This document shows, one piece after another, positions 1-11,146 of a stretch of DNA of 64,000 nucleotides. The stretch spans positions 2,304,001 through 2,368,000 of the forward strand of contig CBDDDZ010000005.1 of assembly GCA_965226795.1 (NCBI GenBank), read 5' to 3'. Source of the stretch: Candidatus Latescibacterota bacterium. GTDB lineage: Bacteria > Latescibacterota > UBA2968 > GCA-2709665. The notes beneath the pieces are model-generated. The model did no database searches and was not told the origin of the DNA. It was given only the letters and a program-made list of their open reading frames with translations. Numbering within the stretch: position 1 is the first letter of the stretch; each line of letters begins with the position of its first letter. The position numbers and the translations under genes are program-made.

Positions 1-16
1 ACTGGCGCTTCCGGGG

Positions 17-781
17 CTACGTCGATGCGGCGTGGGCAATCAAATTCCTAAGTTCATCGAGGGTCAGCGCCCGCTTGGCCTTCCTGTGGATCATACGATG
101 GCAATTGCTGCAGACCACCGCCAGGTCTTGGTCCGGATCGACATCAAGTCCTTCATCTGGCGCAGTACTGAGCTCTTGGATGTGATGTACCTCCGCGAAA
201 TTACGCCCCCATTTGCCGTAAAACTCCTCAAAGACAAATCCACACACTTGACACTTGTTTCCATGAATTCGTAGCGCGGCAGTCCGAAGTCGAGGGCTAC
301 GTTCGCGCCTTCGTGACACTACAGCTTTGGTATTCCCCTCAATGCCCACGTTTACGATCTCGTAGTCCTCATCCGACTCGGCCTGAAGATCGCTCAGCAC
401 GGACGACGGAATGGGTGCGACGTCGACTTCCACAAGGTGGCGTACCGCTTCCCAGACCTCAGCGTCGGTCCGCGCTTCCCACTGTTTGAGCACCCGAGCA
501 TCTCGTTTTGGAAGAGGCTTCGGTTGTTCCCCTACCCGCCAGCCGCGACGTCCGGAGTCCACGTGACTGTCGAACTGATCGCGCGTGGCCTTTAGGCTAT
601 TGTGGAAGGATCGCAGACTCCGTCCAGTCCCAAGTGCATCGAAGAAGGACGCGTAGGCCGCTGCCCAAGAATCGGTTCCCAATTCCGCAGGAGGAAGAGG
701 GTTTTCCGCGTCTACCTTGCGACCGCAGCGAGAGAGGAATAAAGCTGCGAGAATGAAATCTTCACTTCGTTCGATCGACAT
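17..781 (-). CDS. HNH endonuclease (McrA-like C-terminal HNH domain), putative restriction/defence protein
   Basis: C-terminal CQVC...EVHH...CSNCHRMIH HNH zinc-finger motif. Confidence 0.8.
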   Translation of the reverse strand: MSIERSEDFILAALFLSRCGRKVDAENPLPPAELGTDSWAAAYASFFDALGTGRSLRSFHNSLKATRDQFDSHVDSGRRGWRVGEQPKPLPKRDARVLKQWEARTDAEVWEAVRHLVEVDVAPIPSSVLSDLQAESDEDYEIVNVGIEGNTKAVVSRRRERSPRLRTAALRIHGNKCQVCGFVFEEFYGKWGRNFAEVHHIQELSTAPDEGLDVDPDQDLAVVCSNCHRMIHRKAKRALTLDELRNLIAHAAST

Positions 782-823
782 CCGTGTTTGCCCGGTTTCG
801 TTAGGTTGATATTCAGTTTAAGA

Positions 824-870
824 TAACTTCTGCTCGTCCCCGAACTGCGGAGCCCAATTTGCTAGGGTTA
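824..870. repeat. degenerate att-like cassette site
   Basis: TAAC...CCCGAAC...GTTA, short and eroded. Confidence 0.4.
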
Positions 871-891
871 TACGGCGTGCATCTGAGAAAT

Positions 892-1893
892 CTAGAATGG
901 AAGGTCATTGGGACCTTTAAATTCCTTTCCCTTATTCACGTTTTCCTGATCGAAGATGAAGTCCATACCGACCGTGAGATTAAGGATATCATCTCGATCC
1001 AAGAAAATCACCTGGCGTCGGCTATCGATGTCAAGACGCTGCCCAAGCCAGGTTTTCGCTTGCTTCGTTATCTGTCCCGCAGAAATGATGAACACATGAT
1101 CGACCAAGACACGCTTGTTGGTCTCGGGATCCCAGATGGGATAATCAAGGACCATGTGAATCTGATTCAAGACTTCCGAGATATTTGTGTTCCCACTCTT
1201 TCCCGCAGAGTCCAATTTGCCTTTCTTAACTTGAGCAGCGAAGTACAAGTAATGAGTGGTTGGAAGCTGAAACTTCATCCACAAGTCGTTCCCGAACTCT
1301 AAGGCTTTATCAGAGTGCCCACTGATCGAAATTCGAGAAAAACCCAACTGTGCGAAAAGTGGCTGCAGAAACTCCTCGATGATCTGGTCCTCACTCATTT
1401 TGTCAAGGTGTCGACTGAGATCAGCACGCCGCTCGACTTCCTGGGGCGTCCACTTCCTCGCTGAATCTTGCGGTACGGAAGTAACTTGTGTTCCTGTGCT
1501 TCTTATGTAGCACTTCTTGTTCTCGTCATAGAATACACTCAAGCCGTCTCGAGCCAGTGTGAGATTGACATCGGCGAGTGCTCCATCTGGGTCTATCTCA
1601 TTCTGCTTGAGTTCTGCATAGTCTAGTAACTCCTGGATAATTCTTGTAATCTCAGGCGAAGGGAGTTGTGGCTGCGGTGCTGGTAATCCGTTTAGTTCAT
1701 TCAGTCGATCGACAACCCAATTCTTTCTAGTTGATCCATCGTGCGAATAATCAAATCCGCTGGCCTCGAAGAATTCGGTAAGGTACGTACTCGATCTGTA
1801 CGGGAAATTGTCCCACGCAAATCCTCCCATACCGCCAGATGCGCCACAGATCATTTCTGCAAGTGTCTGAATTGATCGCTTGGTGAGTTTCAA
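892..1893 (-). CDS. PD-(D/E)XK (Mrr-like) nuclease domain protein
   Basis: EFGNDLWMK...AAQVKKG resembles the Mrr-type D..QxK motif; 333 aa. Confidence 0.55.
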   Translation of the reverse strand: MKLTKRSIQTLAEMICGASGGMGGFAWDNFPYRSSTYLTEFFEASGFDYSHDGSTRKNWVVDRLNELNGLPAPQPQLPSPEITRIIQELLDYAELKQNEIDPDGALADVNLTLARDGLSVFYDENKKCYIRSTGTQVTSVPQDSARKWTPQEVERRADLSRHLDKMSEDQIIEEFLQPLFAQLGFSRISISGHSDKALEFGNDLWMKFQLPTTHYLYFAAQVKKGKLDSAGKSGNTNISEVLNQIHMVLDYPIWDPETNKRVLVDHVFIISAGQITKQAKTWLGQRLDIDSRRQVIFLDRDDILNLTVGMDFIFDQENVNKGKEFKGPNDLPF

Positions 1894-2722
1894 GATTCAA
1901 ACCTCTTTTTTCAACAAACCGTTCAACGAATGACGTCGTTTATCTCCACAAATTGAAATGCGATGAACCACATCAGTGGGAGCAGAGTAAGTGATCCATC
2001 AACACCGTCAGGCAGACCTCGAAATCTGTTGGGAAGCCAGCGTCAATAGACGTCTTCATCGCAGCCAAACCTGTTACGTACTGTTTTTGTCGTGCTTTCC
2101 GACTCTCTGCAAACGGGATAATCCGTCAAGGATCTCTCGTTCTCCCCCTGTAATTTCACGAACCCTTTCAACCACGTGGACAAGGACTTTGCGTATAGTA
2201 CTCGCCAGCTCTAAGCACTCCTTGTCGGTTAGATTTCCGTGAATCCCTTTACTCAGCGCATCATGCAAAACAACCAAAGGATTATGGGTTCCGATGTACA
2301 CGGATCTAGGAATTAAGACTTTTATTTCGTCGATTGATTGTGAAAACTTCCAATGGCCCTTTGTTTCCCGCAGCGGGAGCACAAAATCGACATCAGTTAC
2401 TTCAGCAGCCTTTATCATCTGGTCTATCAGACAGTCCCTCTGGTTCTCAAGTGCTAGCCGGTAGTAGGCAAAAGCCCCGATACCAAGACCTTGATTTTCG
2501 GACCTTTTCCCTTTAAGTAGAACATCAACATCTGATCGGTCAAGATTGCGCAATACCGAATTCGGGAATTTCTGACCGTAACCAGGATATTCTCCAACTT
2601 TGAACACAACCCAAGTGATTAGCGACATTTAGAAATCCGTTCTAACGACAATTAAAATTCCCGGTATGGCAAGCGGTTCGTAAACTAACCCAGACCCCTT
2701 CCCCAAGCGATAGGAGGGCTGG

Positions 2723-4215
2723 ATGGTTACGGACCAGCAAGTGAGGAGACTCATGGCGCTGATCCCGAGAGAACCGACGTTGTGCTTGGCAGCAGCAAAG
2801 GCCGGGATGGACGAGAAGACGGCACGAAAATACAGGAGGTCAGGTCAGTTACCCAGCGAGGTTCAAGCCCCCCATACGTGGCGGACCCGTCCAGACCCAT
2901 TCGCCGAGGTGTGGGGCGAGGTCGTGCTGCTTCTGGAGGTGAACCCGGGGCTTCAGGCCAAAACGGTGTTTGAGCACCTGCAGCGTCAGTATCCGGGTCG
3001 GTTTTCGGATGGCCAGTTGCGCACGTTACAGCGCCGCGTGAAGGTGTGGCGTGCCACAGCCGGTCCTCCTCGGGAGGTATTTTTCCCTCAGGTGCACTAT
3101 CCCTCAGACCGTTGCCAATCGGATTTTACGTGTCTCAACGACCTATGTGTGACCCTCGGTGGCTTGCCTTTCGATCATTTGGTCTACCACTTCGTGCTGA
3201 CGTATTCCAACTGGGAGACGGCCTCCATCTGCTTCTCCGAGAGCTTTGAGAGCCTCAGTGGAGGGCTGCAGCAGGCGCTTTGGGAGCTTGGCGGCGTGCC
3301 CCGTACCCACCAGACGGACCGGCTCAGTGCGGCGGTTCAGGACGTGGGGCGCCAGGAGATCTTCACCGCACGTTATCGGGCGCTGCTGTCCCACTACGGC
3401 CTGGAAGCCCGTGCGACCCAGGCTGCGCCAGTCCTCACGAGAATGGCGACGTGGAGCAGCGTCACTACCGCTTCAAGCAGGCCCTGGACCAGGCCCTGAT
3501 GTTGCGTGGCTCCCGGGCGTTTGACACCCGCAGATCCTATGAGCGCTTTGTACGCCGTCTGCTTTCCCAACTCAACGCCGGCCGGAAGGATCGCGTGCAG
3601 GAAGAGTTGGCCCTGTTGCGTCCCCTTCCCCAAAGGCGCCTGGAGACCTGCAAGCGCCTGCGGGTCAAGGTCGGGAAAAGCAGCACCATCCGCGTGGTCC
3701 ACAACGTCTACTCGGTCAACAGCCGCCTGATCGGGGAGACGGTGGATGTGCGTGTCCACACCGAACACATCGAGGTCTGGTATGGCTCCCGCCGTGTAGA
3801 GCGCCTGCCCCGGCTGCGTGGGGAAAGCCACCACCTGATCCAGTACCGGCACATCATCGACTGGCTGGTGCGTAAGCCCGGCGCTTTTGAAAACTATCGC
3901 TACCGTGCGGACCTGTTTCCCACCAGCCGCTTCCGGATGGCCTACGACAGCCTGCGAGCCCATCATACCCCACGGCGTGCCGACAGTGCATATCTGCGCA
4001 TCCTCCACCTTGCCGCCAAGGAGAGCCAAACCAAGGTGGAACAGGCCCTTTGTCATCTTCTGCGACAGGATAGCCTCAAAAGCGCCGAAGCCGTCGAAAC
4101 GCTCATCGGGCAGCAACAAGCCGACGTGCCCATCATCCCCGACGTCGCCATCCCTTCGGTAGATCTGAACCCCTACGATGGGCTCCTGCACCCACTGGAG
4201 GTGGCCGCCCGATGA
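2723..4215 (+). pseudogene. istA: IS21 transposase IstA, frameshifted near 3425
   Basis: ORFs 2723-3499 and 3280-4215 carry consecutive IstA parts (QSDFT, HQTD, HENGDVEQ). Confidence 0.9.
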
Positions 4216-4976
4216 GCACCGATCGTTTGCGATCCGACCTGGTGGGCTGTCTCAAGACGTTGCGCCTGCCCACCATACGGCAAGCCTTTGCACAGCAGGC
4301 CGAACTGGCAAGACGGGAAGGACAAAGCTATGAGCACTATCTCCTGGACCTGCTTCAGCAAGAATGCGAGGTGCGCCAACACAACCGCACCCTCCGCTTC
4401 CTACGCGAGTCGAAGCTGCCGTTGGAGAAAAGCCTGGAGATGTTTGACCGCACACGACTGCCCGCACCCCAAAACGCCCTCGTCGCAACCCTTGTGGACG
4501 GCGCCTTCCTCGACCGCACGGAAAATGTGCTCGCCTTCGGGCCCCCGGGCAGCGGGAAAACCCATCTGCTTTGTGCCATCGCGCAGACCCTCATCCATCA
4601 GGGACGCCGCATCCTGTTCACGCCCTGCAACCTGCTGGTACAGGAACTCCTTCTGGCCAAACGCGATCTGCGCTTGCCACGCCTCCTCAAACGCTTTGCC
4701 AAATACGATGCCCTCCTCCTCGACGATATCGGCTACGTCCAGCACAGCCGCGAAGAGATGGAAGTCCTCTTCGCCCTCCTGGCACATCGCTACGAGCGAG
4801 CAAGCGTCATGATCACTTCAAACCTGCCCTTCTCCGGATGGGAGGCCATCTTCAAGGACCCGATGACCACCGCCGCGGTGATCGACCGGCTCGTACATCA
4901 CGCCATCATCATCGATATGAACCTCAAAAGCTACCGACTCGAACACGCACAAAAATACCACAAACATCACCACTGA
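4212..4976 (+). CDS. istB: IS21 helper ATPase IstB
   Basis: GPPGSGKT Walker A, LLLDDIGY Walker B, DRLVHH. Confidence 0.95.
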   Translation: MSTDRLRSDLVGCLKTLRLPTIRQAFAQQAELARREGQSYEHYLLDLLQQECEVRQHNRTLRFLRESKLPLEKSLEMFDRTRLPAPQNALVATLVDGAFLDRTENVLAFGPPGSGKTHLLCAIAQTLIHQGRRILFTPCNLLVQELLLAKRDLRLPRLLKRFAKYDALLLDDIGYVQHSREEMEVLFALLAHRYERASVMITSNLPFSGWEAIFKDPMTTAAVIDRLVHHAIIIDMNLKSYRLEHAQKYHKHHH

Positions 4977-5504
4977 TCGGGAATTCTAATTGTCGTTGAA
5001 TAGAAAAAATAGTTGACGTTAGTCACCCAAGATCTGTTAGAAAAAGCTTCGCGATTTGCGGTCATCGGAGACTGTTCCATCTGCACTAACAACGAGTACA
5101 TCTTTTCGTGCTGCTCACATTCCGGACAAGAAAATAAAAGCGTAATGTGTCCCATAGCGTGCTGCATGTCAGGTATTGAAGTATCGAATTGCTCGACTAT
5201 AAATCCCGTATCAGTAATATGACTCCGTGGTATGTATTCTCCCTCAGGCAGCCGGTGCCTCCGTGGACCGCCACAGTTACGGCATTCGACGAGTGGTCTT
5301 CCTGGTGCGAAGCGTACTTTGGGTGGCAATGGTTGTCTCGCATGGATGTCGGCGGGCTCAATTTCCCATAGAGTCTTCACTCTTCTAGCATTGCCCGGTG
5401 GAACTTGCTCTAGAAAGTCGTTAATGCTTAAGGGATCAGAGGTAACTCCGTGGTCACTCATAATATCACCTCTTAGAATCTGTTTGTCGGTTTTTCCGTC
5501 TCGC

Positions 5505-5568
5505 AATACGTCGAAGTTTCGCGAACCGCGAACGCATGGAAGCGCCGAAGCCAAGCACGAATCAGTTA
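5505..5568. repeat. degenerate att-like cassette site
   Basis: GCGAACCGCG...CGAAGCC...GTTAGGCG; GTTA overlaps the stop codon of the upstream gene. Confidence 0.5.
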
Positions 5569-6070
5569 GGCGAGGCCGACCTTCTCTTTGGCCTGTTTAA
5601 TTTTGCGAATTTGGATTTCCGTAAGAACGGCTCCCGGTACCCTTTCCAATTCACCAACTATATCATCAAACTCCTCGATTGCCTGGTGAATGCCCACGAC
5701 CTTCGCACAGATCACCGTCGCCTCGAGAAAATACCCTTGAGACAAACTGTGGGCTAATCCAAACATCGTTTCGAGAGTTTGCTCTCTAAGGCCAGCATAG
5801 ATCGTTGCGCCAGAATGGGCGGACCAGCATCCAAAACGATAATCGTAGAGATATTTGGCTTCGCACGAGGGTCCGAATTTGCTCGCCCGCTCTCTAACGT
5901 TCATACCAGACCAATGGTCTGGTCGGTTGGGCCGCCCGTTTCTCTTTCGTCCCCAGTGTCTAACTACTATTTCCTCTATTTGGCGCTCCGTTTCCGGTTG
6001 CTCCACAAACTTTCGATGGTTATCAACTTCAAGAGGCACTTCGGGGTGTTCGTCCGAAAACGCGACTAGT

Positions 6071-7951
6071 CCTTAAACAAGCGTGATGGTGAGATTTTTC
6101 TGGTCCAAGAGACCGGAAAGGCCTACCGTTGTTGGAGATAGATGGATTGCGCTAGAAATCATCACTCCAACGCAGGAGACCTTTCCGGTGAAAAGAATAT
6201 CGGTTGATGACAGCCGCAGGAACAGTGCTCGTCGCAAACGCAAAGTGGCCGCCCGCCACGGTCGAGCGGGGCATTGGCAGGCGCAGCCCCGGCCCATGTT
6301 CAGTCCTGGCAAAGTGCACTACGAGGTGGGCGCCTACACCGACGCGATGAGTTACGGAGGCATCGGCGCCGTGCATCGCCTGGTCACCAAGCTGGGACTG
6401 CCCAAGCGCATCGACGCGTCGCTGTCCCTGTTGAAGGTGCATCTGCCCTATCATGAGTCGGACCACGTGCTCAACATCGCTTACAACGTGTTGTGCGGCG
6501 GCACGCGCCTGGAGGATATCGAGCGTTTGCGACATGACGGGGCCTACATGAATGCCCTGGGTGCTCAGTTGATTCCCGATCCGACCACGGCGGGTGACTT
6601 TTGCCGACGCTTCTCGGAACGGGACATCGTCGAACTGATGGCGTGCATCAACGCGGTGCGATCCTCCTTGTGGGCATCGCGTGGCCGCAAATTGCTTTGT
6701 GACATCACCTATATCGACGTGGACGGCACAAACGTGCCGACGTATGGAAAGCGCAAGAGGGGTATGGACATCTCTTACCAGGGCATCTGGGGCTACCATC
6801 CGCTGGTGATCTCACTGGCCAACACGAAGGAAGTGCTCTTCCTGGTCAACCGACCGGGGAATGTGCCCAGCCACACCGGTGCGGCACCCTGGATCGACGC
6901 GGCCTTGGCGCTGGTGCAGCCCCACGCCAAGCGCCTCTGTGTACGTGGCGACACCGACTTTTCCTTGACCCGACATTTTGATCGATGGGCCAAAAGCGTC
7001 GACTTCATCTTCGGGATGGACGCCAACGCGACGATGCGTTCCCGTGCTGAGGCCCTCGACGAGGCACAATGGCAGCCCCTGCAACGCAAACCCCGTTATC
7101 ACACCGTGACCGACCAGAAGCGGAAGCGCAATCAGCCCCACGAGAAACAGCGCATCGTCCGCAAACGGGCCTACGCCAACCTGGTCCTCAACCACGAACA
7201 CGTGGCCGAGTTCAACTACCAACCCACGCGCTGTAAACGTGTGTATCGCGTCGTGGTCCTGCGCAAGAACATCAGTAAAATGAAGGGCGACCTTGTCCTG
7301 TTCGACGAATGCCGTTATTTCTTCTATATCACGACACGCACGGACGTAAGCCCCGCCGAGATCGTCGCCTGTGCCAACCAACGCTGCGATCAGGAGAACG
7401 TCATCGAGCAACTCAAAAACGGCGTCAACGCCTTGCGCGTGCCCCTGTATGACCTGGTCAGCAACTGGGCCTACATGGTCATCGCCGCCCTGGCCTGGAA
7501 CCTCAAATCCTGGTTTGCCATGATGATGCACCGACACCTGGACCGACAGCAGTACGTCCGCATGGAATTCCGGCGCTTCATCCACAGCATCATCTTGATT
7601 CCCTGCCACGTCATCCAACGCGCGCACACCACCACGTTGCGCCTCATCGGCTATCAACCCACCCTCGATCGCCTCTTCAGCACCTGGCGTATCATTGAAC
7701 GCACCGGATTTGGATAACACCCATGCAGCACGACCGATGACACACACACGCCGCGCCATCCCCACACCCCTCAACGGACCGGTGTGTCCACCACGCGCCT
7801 GACCGACACTTCGGATACTCAATTCACGATAGCGACCACGACAAACACCGCCCCAAAGATCATCCAAAACGCCAATTCCATATAAATCGACACCAACGCC
7901 TCACCACAAACACAGATCGATGTGCCGCACACGAAACTCGCTTATTTTAGG
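6071..7951 (+). mobile_element. IS1380-family insertion sequence
   Basis: IRs CCTTAAACAAGCG / CGCTTATTTTAGG; direct repeat ACTAGT at 6065-6070 and 7952-7957. Confidence 0.92.
6188..7717 (+). CDS. IS1380 DDE transposase
   Basis: PDPTT, IDVDGT, GYHPL, VRGDTDF, QENVIEQLKNG motifs; GTG start after AGGAGA. Confidence 0.92.
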   Translation: MKRISVDDSRRNSARRKRKVAARHGRAGHWQAQPRPMFSPGKVHYEVGAYTDAMSYGGIGAVHRLVTKLGLPKRIDASLSLLKVHLPYHESDHVLNIAYNVLCGGTRLEDIERLRHDGAYMNALGAQLIPDPTTAGDFCRRFSERDIVELMACINAVRSSLWASRGRKLLCDITYIDVDGTNVPTYGKRKRGMDISYQGIWGYHPLVISLANTKEVLFLVNRPGNVPSHTGAAPWIDAALALVQPHAKRLCVRGDTDFSLTRHFDRWAKSVDFIFGMDANATMRSRAEALDEAQWQPLQRKPRYHTVTDQKRKRNQPHEKQRIVRKRAYANLVLNHEHVAEFNYQPTRCKRVYRVVVLRKNISKMKGDLVLFDECRYFFYITTRTDVSPAEIVACANQRCDQENVIEQLKNGVNALRVPLYDLVSNWAYMVIAALAWNLKSWFAMMMHRHLDRQQYVRMEFRRFIHSIILIPCHVIQRAHTTTLRLIGYQPTLDRLFSTWRIIERTGFG

Positions 7952-8542
7952 ACTAGTTCCTCCGCCCATCGAAATCGCTCCACTTCTGGGAACCCATGAA
8001 ACTTCGCAACCAACCTTCCATCGGCATCGGAGGCTAGTAGCTTAAGGTCAAGAAGAAGCTCGAATAAGACCCTCGTTGCGGTTGCTGCAGCCTGAAAATG
8101 AAGAGGGTCATTTATGCTGGTCAGAGACTTTATCCAACAGTACATACGATAATATAAACCGGTCACTGCCTGTTCTCGGTCATCTGGTTTCAGTCGTCCC
8201 GTGAGATTCGGCACCATTACTTTCTCGGCGAAATTACCAATGGCATCAGTGCCTTTGCAAAAGGCCTCAACTCGCTCCTGGACTGAAAATTCAGGTTCAT
8301 CGGCGTCGAACATTTCATCAAGAGTGGACATATCTTCCTGCCTTAGTCTTTGCGTTTCGTCAAATGCCGGCGGTGGCCAACGGGCTGTATAAGAAGAACC
8401 GGATTAATCGGTCTCAGCGTTGTATTCTAAAGTTGTTGATTAAGCACGAAAAGACCGTATCCGCCGCGAGAGCCAGGTACGATGCGGCCACCAGCGATCT
8501 TTTGTCAGCACCCGCAGCTTTGAAGGGAATAGTGGCGGGAGA

Positions 8543-9161
8543 TCAGGAGCGCATTCGTTCAAGGCAATCCTCATAAGCCTCAAAGAGCTCTCCTTCTTGT
8601 TCCTCGGGATCAACCTTCTTGAGGAACAACGCGCTGCCCGGCTTCTTGCCGGTAAACTCAAGGTGGCTCTTGATATGTGCCGGGTCCTCACCGATCCACT
8701 TGACCTCGCCATCCTGCAGATACACGAAATTCCCTCCGTGTTCCTCGATCATCGCCTGCATCCGATCGCGATTGAAGAGTCCCTGTTCGCAAGCCGTTTC
8801 CCTTACAGTGGCCATGATGCCAGGCGGATCTTCCTCGACAGAGTCGAATTCGTTCAATGGACCCTCGACCTCACTCTCGAAGTCGATTTCGTCGAGACTG
8901 ACCGTTCCAAATCCGCTCTGCGCCGCAACGAGGAGATGGTTTCGGTCGCGTCGGAATGGCGGCGTCGGCCAATCGGACGCGGGATCGTGCCCCATCAGGC
9001 TGGCGCCGACGGCATCGGTGGCGATGATCTGGTCGCCCGCGATGAGGGTGTTGCACACGCGGCCCTCGCCGCCCCGCTCACGACCCCATTGACCGGTCGT
9101 GGCGTCCACGATATCGAGACACGGGTTGGTTATGCACGCCAGATCGGGAGTACGTAGGACA
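8543..9161 (-). pseudogene. 5'-truncated duplicate of the DUF362 gene
   Basis: highly similar to 11147-11766. Confidence 0.85.
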
Positions 9162-9166
9162 ATGAG

Positions 9167-10069
9167 TTATGCGTTCGTTTGCGCTTCAAGGTTGCGACAG
9201 ACTTTCAGCAAAGCCTCTTGAACGTTCAGGAACTCAAGGCACCCAGGAGGGAGTGGGTACTCTGCGATGTCGAAGTGCTCGAATGGATTGATGATTTTCT
9301 GCCTTGCAAAGATATAGAGCGCTTTCTGTTGATCTGTAGCTTCAGGCACCTCCTCAAAGGGGATACAACAATTATTCCGCCACAGTCGAGGGTCAACCGC
9401 CTCAACCATCGCCTGAATTCGTGAAGGGCGGTTCTCAAACCTCAAGTTCAGGAATTCAGACAATCTCCCGGCCTGCTCACGTGGTTTGCGCATGATGTCT
9501 TCGTAGCCAAGAAAGATCCGGTGCGCCGCATTTTCTGTGTGGTGAAGTATCAGTGTCATCATGCGCTGCCAACGCAACAAATTCAACGCGACGAAAGAGA
9601 CCCGAACTTTCCCGTTGGACGGCATAATGAACTTCTGCCACGACACTGCTGCATCGAGAGGGTTGCGAATCGTGATTACATAAACCGCCTCTTACCATAT
9701 CTGTTTCCAAAATGGCAAAAAATGGGCGAGCGCAGGGTCCTTCCAGAAAAAGGGACCACCGTTATGCATTTCTGACATCAGTTTAACGGCTTTAATTCTG
9801 TTCCCTGGTTCAGTGGCTTTGTCTTCTATTCGCTGCTGGAAGTCAGAGTCCCACCACGTCGCTCCGGAAGCAAAGTCACCTAACTCGGCCAGAAAATCCC
9901 ATAACGGCAGATATTCCCAATATCCTCTGGGCGCATGGGTATCAGCTTCGTGCAGTCTTTCGGAAGCGCCAGCATAGGCGCCCCATCTATGTACCATCTC
10001 GGCAACGACAGAGGTCCCGCTGCGCTCTACCCCCAGCACGATAATTGGACGGCTTTCATATCTGATCAT
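9167..10069 (-). pseudogene. sulfotransferase-family protein with in-frame stop at 9692-9694
   Basis: LGVERSGTS PAPS-binding motif, WKDP, IRNPLD follows the stop. Confidence 0.75.
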
Positions 10070-10222
10070 TCAGAAGCCCCTCAAGGCGTTAGCCTTGATT
10101 CGTCATATTTCGGCGAAGTTAGTTTGAATTTGCCCAGAAGAACAAAGGCGATTTGACTTTACAATTGGACAATTCTTGAGTTCACCGGATGTGACCGGAG
10201 AATAAGTGCAACCGATTCTCCT

Positions 10223-10762
10223 TCAAGACTCGTCCAGTGATGTTCTCCACTCAGATTCCAAGATGCTCATCTGATAAAGACTCCAGTATTCGTCGCCTAT
10301 CTTGCGACATTCTCTGAAACACCCTTCTTTTACGAAGCCAAGCTTCTCGTAGCATTTGATAGCGGACGTATTGAAGTCAAACACAACCAAATCGATGCGA
10401 TGCAAACCGTACTGATTGAATCCCAGGGCCAGGATTTGCTTCATCATCTGAGTGCCAATTCCTTTCCCTCTATAGGATGGATCGCCAACCAAAACACGGC
10501 AAACTCTCGCACTTTTGTTCTGTAGATCAATGCCGCTAAGTTCAATATGACCAATAACTGAATCGGAAGCGGTATCCACCGACTTGAAAATCTTCCTTTT
10601 AGGCCGATGACCTTCCGACTCCCGAATGTACATTTCAAGCTGTGTTTTATCCAACGGATAAGTAAAGCTCGGACCTCCCCACTGCAATAGAAGCTCCGGA
10701 GAAGGGATCCAATTGATCAGACGTTCAAAATCGTCTCTTGCGAAAGGTTTCAATTCCAGCAC
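10223..10762 (-). CDS. GNAT (RimJ/RimL-type) acetyltransferase
   Basis: RGKGIG, N..AIKCYEKLGF. Confidence 0.9.
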   Translation of the reverse strand: MLELKPFARDDFERLINWIPSPELLLQWGGPSFTYPLDKTQLEMYIRESEGHRPKRKIFKSVDTASDSVIGHIELSGIDLQNKSARVCRVLVGDPSYRGKGIGTQMMKQILALGFNQYGLHRIDLVVFDFNTSAIKCYEKLGFVKEGCFRECRKIGDEYWSLYQMSILESEWRTSLDES

Positions 10763-10937
10763 GTCAATATCCTTAACCTGGACTCTCAGAAAACACTCAG
10801 TATGGAGATAATCGCATCTTCAGGACAATCCTCAACGAGAATATCGCCATGATAGCTGGATCGGTGAGGGCAGGGATTGGGGTCTTGTGCGTCATCGGGC
10901 TGGGGTCGTTGGGTTTCGCTCTTGCGCCAGTTTCGCA

Positions 10938-11036
10938 AAACATATCGCCGTGCCCGAAACCGCGGAGCGGTTGGGCGAAGGGTCCTTCGACAGGCTCAGG
11001 ACAAACTCCGGCCCGTAGCCGGGCATGGTCGTGATA
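10938..11036. repeat. att-like site (degenerate cores) with REP-like insert
   Basis: CCGTGCCCGAAACCGCGGAGCGGTTG...GCCGGGCATGG; contains CCTTCGACAGGCTCAGGACA. Confidence 0.7.
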
Positions 11037-11146
11037 TAGGATGTCCGATGCCTTCAATCGTTAATCAGGCCGAAGTCAGGTCGGACCTCACCGCCAAAGT
11101 GACCCTCCTGCTGGTGTGTGCTTGACGGGAAATGGTCGTTGGAGAC

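Larger units (their letters stand above)
2616..5025 (+). mobile_element. IS21-family insertion sequence
   Basis: TG...CA ends with imperfect IRs sharing AACGACAATTA(A/G)AATTCCCG; 6-bp target duplication CCCAAG at 2610-2615 and 5026-5031. Confidence 0.95.
2074..5461 (-). pseudogene. hypothetical (DUF4145/HEPN-like C-terminus) cassette gene split by IS21
   Basis: 5032-5461 (...NRSW) rejoins in frame with 2074-2615 (VVFKVGEYP...) when the IS and one copy of the duplication are removed. Confidence 0.7.
5566..8331 (-). pseudogene. hypothetical (DUF5677-like) cassette gene split by IS1380
   Basis: ...RWAEELV (7952-8331) rejoins in frame with AFSDEHPEVPLEV... (5566-6064). Confidence 0.7.

Noticed and set aside
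3410..3440. Programmed frameshift in istA
   Set aside because: No slippery run is visible; a mutation or sequencing error is more likely.
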